From Octopus vulgaris (taxonomy: Eukaryota): DNA of 64,000 nucleotides. The position numbers and the translations under genes were made by a program. The stretch is from the NCBI GenBank assembly GCA_951406725.2, contig OX597843.1, positions 20,274,001 through 20,338,000 of the forward strand. Direction: 5' to 3'. The notes below the pieces were generated by a model, which had not been told where the DNA came from, did no database searches, and saw only the letters and a list, made by a program, of their open reading frames with translations. Shown here piece by piece: positions 1 to 12,867 of the stretch (position 1 is its first letter; each line of letters opens with the position of its first letter).

Positions 1-232
1 ATACATCCACCTATATATACCTTATCAAACCCTGATCTATGAACGCACACACTCACTTCCAGCCCTCACATATATTCCCACTTTCTTACACACAGGCAAA
101 CACAAATTGGAAGACAATATGAATTGTAGAAGAATGAGGGTAAATAAAGAAGATAAGAGAGACATTTAGTTTGTGGAAGTGACATTGGATGACATATCGT
201 GATCTTATTATGAAGAAGATGACTAACATAAG
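1..232 (+). repeat. Paralogous block, copy of 63727-63954
   Basis: Near-identical sequence (acatccacctat...gaagaagatgactaacataaga) at both ends of the window. Confidence 0.9.
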
Positions 233-373
233 ATAAAGTTGATGATGCAGAATAAGCCGAAGAAGAAAACAACGATGAAGCAGCAGCAGCAGCAGTAGTA
301 GTGGTAGTGCTAGTAGTAGTAGTAGTAGGAGGAGGAGGAGGAGGAGGAGACGAATAAGAATAAGAAGAAGAAT

Positions 374-405
<32 letters not shown>

Positions 406-545
406 AATGATGATTAGCAACAACAATAGCAACAACATTAATACAACAATAAGAGAAGTGGCAGAAAATGTCGGAGCTGAAGAAAAGAATGATGTAAAAA
501 ATAAGGAGGAAACGAAGGAGTCTGTCATGAAGAAAACTTAAATAT
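233..545. repeat. Mixed trinucleotide low-complexity tract
   Basis: (GCA)n, (GTA)n, (GGA)n and (GAT)n runs. Confidence 0.9.
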
Positions 546-557
546 AATATTTCTGAT

Positions 558-1250
558 CTGATAATAATTCTGCTTGTCATTATGTTAATTAGTCCGTCGG
601 TAACGCTTTCTCGTGATTAGAGAAAAAGAGGGAAAGAGAAATGTCCATGGCCTAAGGTAGAAGGAACGTGACTGTAATGCTTTTAAGTGATTAGTTGAAT
701 GGAATGAGAGACCGAGAGAAAGAAAAAGGAATGAGAAAACGAAAGTAAGTGGAAGAGTGGGGCAGAAAGAGAGGGAGAGGGAGAAAAGGGGAGAGAGAAA
801 AAAGCGAGGGAGAAAAAGAGGAAGAGGACATGTGGTAGGGGGAACGTAATATTTATTACGTGATGAAAAAGTTAGTTGAAGGTCGTGATATTGAGGAGGG
901 TTACGAATACAATTTTAGCAGAGCGGTGATGTTCTGATGGTGAGATTAAAATAAGGCAGATAGGTAGATAAAGAGATAGGTATATAAACTGAGAAAATGA
1001 GAGAAAGGGGGAGTGAGAGACGGTGGTAGTGGTGGTAGTGGTTGTGGTGGAAATGGTGATGATGAGTGCATAATGCAAAGTAACTTATGAATTGAACTAA
1101 GTATTTTATATCCCCTATCACTTAACACATGCTCATAAATATTCACACTTATTTACAGTGTCATATGTACGCCACACATATATATATATATATTACAATT
1201 AAGAAATGTATACATTATAATTAAAATATATATATTTCAATTAAAATGGA
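558..1250 (+). mobile_element. Helitron 5' non-coding block (block Z)
   Basis: Homologous to 29650-30330 and 42040-42350. Each copy lies upstream of Helitron coding sequence or a Helitron-like 3' end. Confidence 0.7.
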
Positions 1251-1431
1251 GGTGGACACAGTAAATTCCATCTCTACAAGATCCCGGTTTATGTTGTTAC
1301 TGCTTCTCATACATTCTGCCGTTGGTTGTGCTTCTGCTACGGCGAGATAGAAATTCGCAGTTTACGGCTATTTGGTCCTCGTTCCAATGCTGTGCTTATG
1401 AAATAATCAAATTACAAAACTTGACTGAACA

Positions 1432-2201
1432 ATGGATAAAGGAGATTAGAAGCTACTCGCGAGAGGGTTAGGCACTACAGGCAGCGGATAAGAGAAGAAC
1501 AGCGGTAAGAATCCAGAGAAAGGGACAAATGGTACCAACAGATGAGACGATCTGCAATAGAGGAAGAGCAACGCAAGGCACAATTGTAGTGAGTGAGAAT
1601 GCGAGACCAAGGTAGAAGACAGGATGAGGAAGAACAAACACAGTACAAGGAACAACAAAGATTGATATTTCTGCGGAGAATGGAAATCATGAATGATATG
1701 CAGTGTGCGCAGTATCAGGACCAACAGAAAAGCGTAATGTAACAGAGAAGGGAGAATATGGATGATTTGGAAAGGGCTGCTTGTCTCCAAGGTCAAACAG
1801 AGAGACATCAAGATGGAGTTGCAAGTATGAATGCTGAACAGGCGTTACGTTTGCGAGATGAACAGGTGCAACGAAAGCGTGAAGGAAGAAATGGACTACC
1901 ACTGAACAAACACAATAATCCTAAACGAACCTATCGTATTGGTGATATTTACTTATATTGCGAGTATTGTGGAGCACTGAACTTTAAATATGAATACTTC
2001 ATTGTTCTGTCACAATAATAAAGTGAATTTTCATTCACTGCAACTAAGCCCTCAGACATTGAAGCGTTTGTCTGAGAAAATTACCAAGAGTCTGCTTCAT
2101 TTCGAAAAAAACATCAGCAATTACAACTGCATATCTTCCTTTACGTTATTTGGTGTGAAACTCTCTGTGCCGCAAGGAAGAGGTCTACATTGTTTCTGTA
2201 T
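1432..2201 (+). pseudogene. Helitron Rep/Hel N-terminal remnant
   Basis: R/E/Q-rich repeats, then CEYCGALNFKYE (Zn finger) and FEKNISNYN...FGVKLSVPQGRGLHCFCI, matching the Helitron FxxNIRxYN..GPYxFRI motif. It has stops and is cut by the Gypsy insertion. Confidence 0.75.
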
Positions 2202-5200
2202 TGTTGTAGAAGGATTTCGACCACCTTCCAATTGACTAAACGCGAACTGACACATTCCTATTAAATAGACTGGACAACTGTCCAGTCTTCAGCAATAAAT
2301 TGGAAAATAGTTCGCTGTGAGCCATTGACAGAGAGCGTTGGGTAATCGATTCGCGTCGTGTAAACACTTCCTTTCCCCCTGATTCTTTAAATCATATGTT
2401 CCAAACCAGGGTATAAAAGTGGCGAAGAGTTCTTCGAACTTTGCGTTGGATGTTTAAATTTGTTTGGGATGGGTATGAAACCAAAGAAAAATCGTTTAAG
2501 ATAGAAGGCTTATTGGCACCTGTGGTGCAGTTGCAACAACAACAATAGTAACAACAACAAGAGCAACTATAACAGCAACAACAAAACCAATAGTTGCTGG
2601 AACTAATGTTAAAGAAGTATAAAAAATGCTTCAGGCGTGAACTTGCCAGACAGCGTACCAATCTCTATTGAAGTATTCAGTTATAATCCAGAAGAAGGGA
2701 TTACCTTCTCTGAATATTTTCGAAGATACGAAGAAATTCTCAAACAAGAATTTAAAAATTGATCTGAGGGGAAATATAGTACGACTACTTGTAAGAAAGG
2801 TATCCCTTGCCAAATACAAAAAATATAGTAATTATATTCTGCCGAAGAAGTCAGGTGAGATTTGTTACAATAAAAACTATTAATATTTTATCAAATGATT
2901 TAGAACAGGACGAAAATTAACTCTACAGACAGAAGCAGAAGAATGCCAGGAAAGACGACGCAGAAAAAAAAAAAAAAAAAGATTGCTCTCATATTCCAGT
3001 GTCTCCACCGTAACGGATAATAAATTTTAAAAGTCACTGCCCATTTCAAAATATAAATGGCGTCAGATGTGGCAAGAGATATCATAAAAATTCACACTAT
3101 AAAACAAACCTGGAAGACCAAAAGATGAACAGCCTCAAAGGAAATTTGTGGACGTAAAGTTCCAACTAGTTAAGGGCAGTGATATCTCGATAATTAACAC
3201 AGATACATAGAAAAAGGACAGAAGACCTAGATTAAAAGACATTTCGAAAATTGCATGTGGTATTTCAGGAAAATAATTACATTTTAATTGCGTAATGATA
3301 AATCACGTTCCATTTCGTGGGAAAACCTTAAAAACCAAAGGTTTTGTGTTGAATAATATCCCAAATTTATTCGGAACACTGAATAGAATTGCTTAACTTA
3401 TGGGAACTCCCCATAAATCTTTTCAGTAAAAATGTGAATGGTTTTCTTGCCAATACAAATGAAACTTCGGACGATTTGTAAAAATAATTTTGAAAGATTT
3501 TTCCTGAAGTTCTCTCTGATAAATTAGAACTCAGCATCACAACGAAAACGAAGTTCCAAGTAAAAGTAAATGTCAAACCGGTATTTAAATATAAACAAAC
3601 TGTAACTTTTGCCTCGTTGGAACAGATAAACTTTTGCAGCGTTAAAAACAAATAAACAAAATCAGAGTGTATGCTGATTTTTTCCACTGGTTTAAAAGAG
3701 TGACTTAAAATGTTCCACTATCCGCTACCTACCCTGGGGGATATATTTGCAAAATTAGACGGTGGCAAGGTATTTTCTTAATTGGATATCTCTGATGCGT
3801 ACCTACATATTAGAGTAGACGTGAATGCTATAAATACCTAAAAATTAACGCACATATATATATACAACAGGTTACTGTATGCCTTTACGTCACACAGGCG
3901 ATTTTTCAAAATATTATGGTTGCAGTGTTAGCGGATAGTGAATTTGCATTTTCATATCTGGATGATATACTCATTAAAAGCGAATCACGGGATCAACATG
4001 TAGAGCATATAATATATATGTTCGAAAAAATTAGGGATTAAATTGAAAAAGAAAGCGTGAATTTTTTTCTTACCGAAAATAAAATTGGACAAACAATTGA
4101 AAGAAATGGACGAGGACCAGATCCGTTGAAGGCAGACGCAATTAAATACATGCCCCCTCCGACAAATATGACGACCTTACATGATTGCTTTGGAGACAGG
4201 CTAATTATTACCAAAATTATATTCTAAATATGCATAGGGTAAGTGTTACAGTAGATTATATATTTAAAAAATGTCAATTGAAATTGCTCTGAAAATTGTC
4301 AAACGGAATTCGACGAAATTTTAAAATATTAACATCTGATTTGTTGTTAGCACGCTTCGATTCTGTAGCGGAGAATGTTGTAACTTCAGATGCCTCTGAA
4401 TACTGAATCGGCGCAGTAATGCTACATAAATAAAAAGATGGTAACATGAAGGCGGTGGTTCTTGATATCAGCAGAAAATATTACAGCCAAATCAAAAAAG
4501 AGGCTCTTGTAATTATTTTTGCCGTAAAAAATTCCATAGATTTTTACACGGCAGAAGTTTTTGAATACAGACAGATCATCGTCCGTTATTATCAGTATAT
4601 GAGTAAAAGAAATAAATATCTAGCCGTACTGCTAATAGGCTGCAACACTGGGGTACTGTATTCTTAAGCTATGAATTTAAGATAGAGTTTATACTATCTA
4701 AAAAATTAGGACAAGCTAATTGTTTATCAAGACCGATTTCAGAAAATGCTGAAGCATTTGAAGATACCGTGATTGCTACTTTGCGAGCGGAAAATGGAAT
4801 TTAAAGCAAACTGTATAACTCCATGCGTGAACTGCTATTTACGTTAGATGACATAAAATTACAATTGGGAAACGATATATTCATTAAAAAATGAAAGAAA
4901 TGCAGAAGTGTTAAAGAGATGAAAAATATTCGAGCCTATCACAAGGTGTGACAATGTGCTGATGTATGCACAAAGAGTCGTAGTGCCAGCCACACTACAA
5001 AAGCAATTACTAAAGGAATTTCATATTGAGTCAAAGGGATTTCGATAATGAAATCGTTAATGAGAATTTAGGTATAGTGGCCACCAACGGACTGTAACAT
5101 TGAAGATATAGTGATAGTATGCAATACGCTGTTCTCTAGCTCATAATACACCCGTCACGAAATGGCACCCGTGGCCAAAATCACTTAAGGTTTCATATCA

Positions 5201-5203
5201 CTT
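2202..5203 (+). mobile_element. Ty3/Gypsy LTR retrotransposon, decayed and 3' truncated
   Basis: Putative 5' LTR starts TGTTGT at 2202, with PBS-like TGGCGAAGAG at about 2420. RT motifs YPLPTLGDIFAKLDGGKVFS*LDISDAY (~3718) and YLDDILI (~3955). RNase H motifs SDAS..IGAV and YSQIKKEALVIIFAVK. Integrase N-terminus RVVVPATLQKQLLKEFH. Confidence 0.9.
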
Positions 5204-5529
5204 TGTTGTGGGGACTGTTTTTCAACGTGGTCTGAAGTGCATAAATGTAGAAAGCCGACATCTCTGGTTACAAAGATATTTGATGTTTGTTAGAATAATC
5301 AGATCCATCTTTGATCAGCCGATAACGAGTGATAATATAAAAAAAAGAAACAATATTTCAAAATATAGGAGTACAAAGTCTGTACTCCTATATAATCCGC
5401 ACCCATTACCGAAAGCTGAACCGTTATCTCGCTTACCCACAACAATAACAATAATAACGACAACCAATAACCGCCCTTTATTTATCCACTTGTAAAGTCA
5501 TTCACTCGTGAATTTCATCAAACACAACA
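5204..5529. mobile_element. Solo LTR-like segment, different from the 2202 LTR
   Basis: Bounded by the 7-bp inverted termini TGTTGTG...CACAACA. No TSD is visible. Confidence 0.55.
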
Positions 5530-5739
5530 TGGACAAACTTTCTTTCTAAGACAAAATATATATTCAAATAAGTAAAATATAATATCATGAATAGCGATAT
5601 CGAAACCGGTCAATATATTAAAAATTATATTAAAACTATGTATGTGTGCGTATTTTCCTTTTTTTAATTTCTTATATACATGACAACTCACCACATGGGG
5701 ATAATCGAAATCCCTCTATTCTATTACTACAACTACTAC

Positions 5740-5804
<65 letters not shown>

Positions 5805-5924
5805 ATATAGGATATGAGAGGTAATGTTGTCAAGGAGACACAAATGTGTCAGTCAAAGCTAAGTAGGTGCTATGGACATGCAAATGAGGAGTCCAACGTA
5901 GGTTATATATTAACATGGATATGT

Positions 5925-6210
5925 ATAAAATTAACAGAAGGAAATAAAGATCCAAGGCTGTGAAAGATTTAAGAACATTTCTAAAGAGAAGACGTTACAG
6001 CTGTTTCCGGGATATTTATGTATCTCTTCAACGGAGACGTTGCGAGAAGATGGTTAAGCAATAGGTATTCTAGAATAACTATTGCTTAACCATTTTCTCA
6101 CACCGTCTTCGATGAAAGAATATATAAAATATCCCTGGAGCAGCTGAAAGACCTCTCTATAAATGTTCTGAAATCTTTCAAAGCCTTGGACATTTATCTG
6201 ATTCATTTAT
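5925..6210. repeat. Degenerate fold-back, probably an inverted Penelope pseudo-LTR pair
   Basis: Imperfect arms centred on about 6071. Each arm has an HHR-like remnant (GAAACAGCTGTA on the minus strand). Confidence 0.7.
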
Positions 6211-6766
6211 ATATATATATATATATACAAACACACGCACACACGTACACACACTCACACACACACACATATATATATACATACAAATACATATATGTAT
6301 GTATAAATGCAAGTGTATGTGGTTATCTATGATTGTTTACGAATTTCATTTTCAAATTTCACAATCTTGAATTATAGGTTGTCCATAAATAGTGGACCTG
6401 GACACCGACATAACCATTTTCTAGTTTCTTGGCCCGAGAAACAGTAGAATTACCCGATCAACAAGTATTACTGCTAGTATATATATATATATATATATAT
6501 AGCAATTAAGGACAACTACTTAATAAGGAAAACTTAACAAGAAATTGTCAGGTAGATAGCGTAAAAACCTCATAAGAGAAAAAATTTCGAAAATAATTAT
6601 TTCTTATTGAACATATTAATTTATATATAGAGGGCATTATACATACATGCCAGGAGGCATTCTACATACACGCCATACGCTAAGAGGGACAATCAGTCAT
6701 TTCTACCAAAAATATTACTAATCCCACCGAATGCAATTTTTCAAAGAAAGACATTTAAAAATATAT

Positions 6767-6814
6767 AGACCTGTATCACAGTGATTTCATACTTACGTAA
6801 TCATCAGCAGGCCT
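6767..6814 (-). ncRNA. Type I minimal hammerhead ribozyme
   Basis: Reverse complement of 7197-7244. Confidence 0.75.
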
Positions 6815-7196
6815 GAATATACTATAAATAAACAACGACCCTGCTTCGCTTAAGCCGATCAGCTAACTGATCAACATCAACGAAGCACATGGGTGGGTTT
6901 ATATATACTATATCCGGATGAATGGCAAACTTTTACGAATTGCATTTCGGGAGAGGAAAAGTTTTTTCGGAATAAAAATTTAGCAATTAAGGACAACTAC
7001 TTAATAAGGAAAACTTAACAAGAAATTGTCAGGTAGATAGCGTAAAAACCTCATAAGAGAAAAAATTTCGAAAATAATTATTTCTTATTGAACATATTAA
7101 TTTATATATAGAGGGCATTATACATACATTAATACATTAATATAATATATTAATATATTTATATTTATAGGGTCGTTGTTTATTTATAGTATATTC

Positions 7197-7244
7197 AGGC
7201 CTGCTGATGATTACGTAAGTATGAAATCACTGTGATACAGGTCT
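7197..7244 (+). ncRNA. Type I minimal hammerhead ribozyme
   Basis: AGGCCTG-CTGATGA-tTACgtaaGTAt-GAAA-TCACtGTGA-TA-CAGGTCT: 7-bp stem I, near-palindromic stem III, predicted cleavage after 7237. Confidence 0.75.
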
Positions 7245-7677
7245 ATATATTTTTAAATGTCTTTCTTTGAAAAATTGCATTCGGTGGGATTAGTAATATT
7301 TTTGGTAGAAATGACTGATTGTCCCTCTTAGCGTATGGCGTGTATGTAGAATGCCTCCTGGCATGTATGTATAATGCCCTCTATATATAAATTAATATGT
7401 TCAATAAGAAATAATTATTTTCGAAATTTTTTCTCTTATGAGGTTTTTACGCTATCTACCTGACAATTTCTTGTTAAGTTTTCCTTATTAAGTAGTTGTC
7501 CTTAATTGCTAAATTTTTATTCCGAAAAAACTTTTCCTCTCCCGAAATGCAATTCGTAAAAGTTTGCCATTCATCCGGATATAGTATATATAAACCCACC
7601 CATGTGCTTCGTTGATGTTGATCAGTTAGCTGATCGGCTTAAGCGAAGCAGGGTCGTTGTTTATTTATAGTATATTC

Positions 7678-7725
7678 AGGCCTGCTGATGATTACGTAAG
7701 TATGAAATCACTGTGATACAGGTCT
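7678..7725 (+). ncRNA. Type I minimal hammerhead ribozyme
   Basis: Identical copy one 481-bp unit downstream. Confidence 0.75.
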
Positions 7726-7872
7726 ATATATTTTTAAATGTCTTTCTTTGAAAAATTGCATTCGGTGGGATTAGTAATATTTTTGGTAGAAATGACTGAT
7801 TGTCCCTCTTAGCGTATGGCGTGTATGTAGAATGCCTCCTGGCATGTATGTATAATGCCCTCTATATATAAA

Positions 7873-7905
<33 letters not shown>

Positions 7906-7906
<1 letters not shown>

Positions 7907-8119
7907 CTAGCAGTAATTGATAAAGGGCGACAACCCTGGAACGTGTCTGCAGCTGTCTGACTAGCAGGATGAAGCGGCTGACCTCCCCTGTGCGAAGGTT
8001 TATAACGGACGCAGTTTGTGTGCCAAGTAGCTAGCTAGAGGCGGTGGCCTCTTGGAGCTAATCAGCGGCAGCTTTAGTCTTATATTTATAAGACTGCCAT
8101 ATTAGTATAGCGATAATTA

Positions 8120-8120
<1 letters not shown>
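7906..8120 (-). mobile_element. Short non-autonomous Helitron-like element
   Basis: Minus strand ends in hairpin AGGG-ttgtcg-CCCT, then ...actgCTAG|T. Embedded in (TA)n. Confidence 0.5.
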
Positions 8121-8152
<32 letters not shown>

Positions 8153-8155
<3 letters not shown>

Positions 8156-8967
8156 GCGGTTGTATCAAAATTTCACGGAAAAACTCTATAGCGCGACCAC
8201 GCTTGGATGCACACATTTGCATGCACGGTGATAGCGAGCAGTGACCTTCATGAAGCAGTATGCTGAGTAACATCGATGTGTATACTTCACACGATGTGGA
8301 ATTTGTATTTTTGTGATGACGTGTATGAACAGGACGGGTATGGATGAAAGAACCAACATGAAATTATATGTAAAAATTGGGAAGTCTGCTTTAGAGAGAT
8401 GGAGCACGTAATATTTCAAGTTCACAGGTTCACGAGAGAATGACAACTTAACCAAGAGCATTTTCAATATTTTTTCTACATCGTCAGCATTGTACATTGA
8501 GAAGTCGACCCCCAAGTCCAAAGGAGCGATCAACTGCAATATTTTAAAGCTTTTCAAGGAGGACATTCCAGAAAAATGACTGGGTTTGTGGTGCGCAAAT
8601 TATTGGATTTTTCACGACGACAATGTACTCTGTCACCACACTCGTGGGTTTCTTGCCAGAAGCAACATGCTATCGCTTCTGTGCATGTCCTTTTTGCCAG
8701 ATTCAGTACCTGGTGTCCTCCATCTCTTCCCCAAGATGAAAATACGGTTCACTGATCGAGATCAATAGGAAATTTAACACCGTTGTTGAGATCAAGACGT
8801 CTTCAAGAGGCCGAATTCCAAAAGTGTCAAGAAAGCTGGATCGGATGTATTCGAAAAGCTTGCCGGTGTATTCCTGCACAAGGTGACTTTACCGAAGGAG
8901 ATGAAGTTAATTTAAGTTAGTGTTATTAAACATAACTCATCCAGGAACATTACGATGCCACTTTGTA
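8153..8967 (+). mobile_element. Mariner-type DNA transposon remnant
   Basis: ERTNMKLYVKIGKSA (HTH start) and WIFHDDNVLCH...FLPDSVP..LFPKMK (HDNAPxH / YSPDLAP motifs). Degenerate TA-flanked TIRs. Confidence 0.8.
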
Positions 8968-8971
8968 TGTA

Positions 8972-9097
8972 TACGATGGGTTTCTTTTAGTTACCTTGAA
9001 CAAATATACACGAGTTTGTTGTGCTGTAAGCCAGAGTACACGCAGTGGGACTGAATACAGTAGAAAATACTATATCACATTCATGCCAACGCCTAAT
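8972..9097 (-). mobile_element. Old tRNA-SINE fragment
   Basis: Similar to the SINE head at 46325-46485. The same mariner-end/SINE junction occurs at about 28200 and 59790. Confidence 0.65.
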
Positions 9098-9117
9098 CGT
9101 ATGTACATATATATATA

Positions 9118-9188
<71 letters not shown>

Positions 9189-9195
9189 AGATATT

Positions 9196-10079
9196 TACAG
9201 GTTGCAATACGAAATTGTCACCAGTACATTTTTAATTTTGCGCATGCGCATTCTTTGTTTTGACTTTGTCGACCACTCAGTATAGTATGATCAGTTGGGT
9301 ACCGTCTGTGAGAAAAACAGCACCATGGCGTAATTCACTCTGCCAGAAATTTTGGAAACGACATGCTGTACTGCTTGGCATCCGTGCCGAAAGATCTAAT
9401 ATGAACATTCCAGAGTGTTTGGGTGTCAGTCTGATGAATGTGCAATCCAAGGACTTGTACTGAGACTGATAAAAATCAAACATCCAGTCAACATCATGGT
9501 GTTTGGAGTGATCACTAGTGATGGTGACATTATGCTTTCATTCACGGTTTCAGACTCAATACCTTGGCCTCGATGATGTGCCTGGAGAAGGTAGTGCTTC
9601 CCTGGAGCAAAGGGGTGGCTGATGGAAGATCCTATCTCTGGCAGCAGGAATCTGTACCATGCCATACAACCAGGAGATCCCAGCCATGGCTGTCAGACAA
9701 ATTCTGCGACCACATCACCCCTAAAATCACGCCATCTAACTCCCCAGACTGGAACACCCTTGATTATTATGCGTGGGGTGCAGTTGACTGAGAGGTCAGC
9801 AAAACCCCTTGTAACATCAAAGATAAACTGAATACAAGAATTATGGCAGTATTCACCAAATTAAACAAGGTGACCGTCGAGAGGAGTTGCAGGTGATTCC
9901 GAAGCTGACCGGAAGACGTGGTTGAAGCCAAGAGCGAATTTATTGAATACATTTGCTTTCAAGATGCTTTTTCTGTTATTTTTGTAACTATACCTGTTAA
10001 AATGGATGTTAAAATGGGATGTCAGTTTTATTTTCATTTTTGCATAATTTAGACGACACTATATTTACGGTACTCTGTA
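9196..10079 (+). mobile_element. Tc1/mariner maT-like (DD37D) transposon remnant
   Basis: KHPVNIMVFGVITSDG, YLWQQESVPCHT and PSNSPDWNTLDYYAWG motifs. TACAG...CTGTA ends. Confidence 0.8.
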
Positions 10080-10083
10080 CAAA

Positions 10084-10149
<66 letters not shown>

Positions 10150-10153
10150 TTGT

Positions 10154-10194
<41 letters not shown>

Positions 10195-10199
10195 GTGTG

Positions 10200-12720
10200 T
10201 CTTGGGTGCTACTGGTAAATCTTCCTATAGATGATACACAAGATAGCAATCCCTCCACACTATCTATCAAAAACCGCATTATCCACATATGGAATAAAAA
10301 ATTAAAGCCAGAAACTTTTATTTCTGCAATACGATTAAAAACAACCACAAGGCAGAAATCTACGAACGCTGGCTAAACTCTACACCAATAATTTTGGCTC
10401 GTAAATTCGAAATTCAAGGTATTCCAAAGAAGCCGACAACGGAAGTGCGGTAGTAGTGATGAATACAGAATACTACAAAAATGTAATACTTTCCATGTTG
10501 GAAAATAATTCTTACCATGAGAAATTAATACATAACAACCCACAGAAAACACTGTAAAACTTGCCCTCCTTACTCCAAATTCATGGAAAGGGTTTCACTA
10601 ACCTTGAAATAGAATTTTTACCCAATTTTAAATACGGTCCTAGTCTTTTCTACGGATTACCCAAAATACATAAAAATCCACACATTTGTGAAGCCTGCAA
10701 AGTCTCTACAAGCCTATGCATTAATGTCCCTTCCCCTACTAACCTCAAACTGAGACCCATCATTGATGGCCCTCCTTGTGAAACCCACCGTTTGAGCAAC
10801 TTCCTCGACATCTTACTCAAAACGTTTTTTAAAAATATGTGAAAAGCTTTATCAGGGATGACCTAGTCATGCCGAACCACTTCCCGAAGACGGTAAAGGA
10901 AGGAACGTTGCTGGTATCTTTCGATGTGGTGAATCTGTACACCAATACCCCACATGACTATGGTATAGAAGCAATCACATTCTGGCTAGAAAAAGACCCA
11001 GAAGAGATCCCAGGACACATTACTCACAGAATCATAATCGAAGCACTCAAATTCATCTTGCTGAACAACTATTTCATGTTCGTTATAATTTACTATCGAC
11101 AAAAATATGGAATTGCAATGGAAACCAGAGCTGCTCCAGTGATTTCAAACCTTGAAATGGGTTACCTAGAACTTAAGTTATACAAATCATCACTAGAAAA
11201 TTATGGCACCTCTTTTAATTGCTATTTAAAGGAGAACTGGATGAGGAATTAGGATGATTGCTTCATACTTAGGAAAGACAGCATGGACAAACTCCTTGAT
11301 TTGAAAGTAATGCTTAACAACATACATAGCAATAGACAATTCACTATGGAACACAACAGTAAACAACTCCCTTTTCTGGACATCTTAATTAAAATAGTTA
11401 ACAACCACATAGAAAGAGACATGTTTTATAAACCCACAGATTCTAAACAATACCTATTGTTTGCCACCCCAAACACATAAAAATTAATACAACTTTTAAT
11501 CTAGCGAAAAGAATCTGTACCAATGTTTCGGATACATATATTCGTGAACAAAGACTCCTTGAACTTAGATCAACACTAACTAAAATATATTACCCAATCT
11601 CATTAATAAATGATGGCATTAAAAGAGCTAAGGAAATAGATATACAAATATTATGGCAAGCCAGCTGAAATATAAAACCAGACTTAAAAGTACTCCCGTA
11701 CATTTCCACACATAACCCTAGAAACAAGGAAGCCTTCAACATTATTACCCAAAATCTTCCCATCCTCACAGGATACAAAACAACGAATGAATTGTTAAGC
11801 TCACAAAATTTAAAAAAGCAAACTGCAACCGAAGTCACTGAAAAATATTAACCAACGCAAGACAATATCCACTAACAACAGAGCCAAAGTGAAGGAATGT
11901 GGTCGTCTCAACTGTGGAACACGCCCCAACCTTTTGGATTGTTCAGAATTCCACTTCAAACAGGGTGAAATATTTAAGATCAAATCAAATTTCACCTGAC
12001 ACTCGGAAAATCTAATCTATGCCATTGCTTACTTAGGATGTGGTAACCACTATCTTGGACAAACAGGAATATCACTCCGTCGAAGACGCACCGTACACAA
12101 GGAACAATTTCGCTACCCACAATACAGTCAATTACAGATTAGTGAACACACAGAAAGGTGTGCTAGGAATCTTAATCCTAATTTCCAGATTTTCCACTTC
12201 TATCAATGTCCACAGAACAGCTCAATGCAACAAAGGTTGAAGAAAGAGGCAATTTTCATCAATAAGTATCTTCCACAACTGAATATAAACACACAACTTA
12301 ATACAGAACACTACTATCCCTTCAATTAACACCATAAACCACTACACATTCCTTACAAAATTCAGATTCAAATTCTATATCTAACCTTACTGCACAAAAT
12401 CCAGAACTACTTACCTCCCTTACAAATAATCTTTTTATTCAGGCACTATTAGACCTAACGCCGTTCATTAGCCGGTGTTCATTCAAAGCAATGAATAGCT
12501 TATGACGAAAGCATGGTATGCATTCTGACTCTTTAAATATCTCATAATAATGACTTTTATAAATCGTATTACTACCTCAGTCCATCTAAATGTATATATC
12601 TGTCATTACCTTTCATAAAAAAATTTTTTTGTTTTATTTACAATGTGCATTTTCGTTGATTTTTCATATTTTCCCCTTACATTTCGACGTGTATTTTCTA
12701 TTTTCTTCTTGTAACATATT
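10200..12720 (+). mobile_element. Penelope-like element (RT + GIY-YIG), decayed
   Basis: FYGLPKIHK, LRPII, SFDVVNLYTN, DDCF and LPFLD motifs. GIY-YIG region NLIYAI..CGNHYLGQTG at about 12010-12290. Confidence 0.92.
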
Positions 12721-12811
12721 TCTAATATATATGTATATACATACATGCATACATACATACATATATACATACAAATATACACACATACATACATACATAC
12801 ATACATACATG

Positions 12812-12867
<56 letters not shown>

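Larger units (their letters stand above)
6501..7877. mobile_element. Penelope pseudo-LTR / retrozyme-like 481-bp tandem plus inverted array
   Basis: Unit repeats at 6501/6982 and, inverted, at 7170/7651. Copies are essentially identical, flanked by (TA)n, and each full unit carries an HHR. Confidence 0.85.

Noticed and set aside
66-1146. Poly-His/Leu/Thr ORFs, and similar YIYI, CVCV, THTH and poly-Met ORFs throughout the window
   Set aside because: They are translations of microsatellites.
6466-7918. ACTAGCAGTAAT inverted pair as TIRs of one large element
   Set aside because: Each looks like the CTAG 3' end of a separate outward-lying Helitron-like element, separated from the array by (TA)n.
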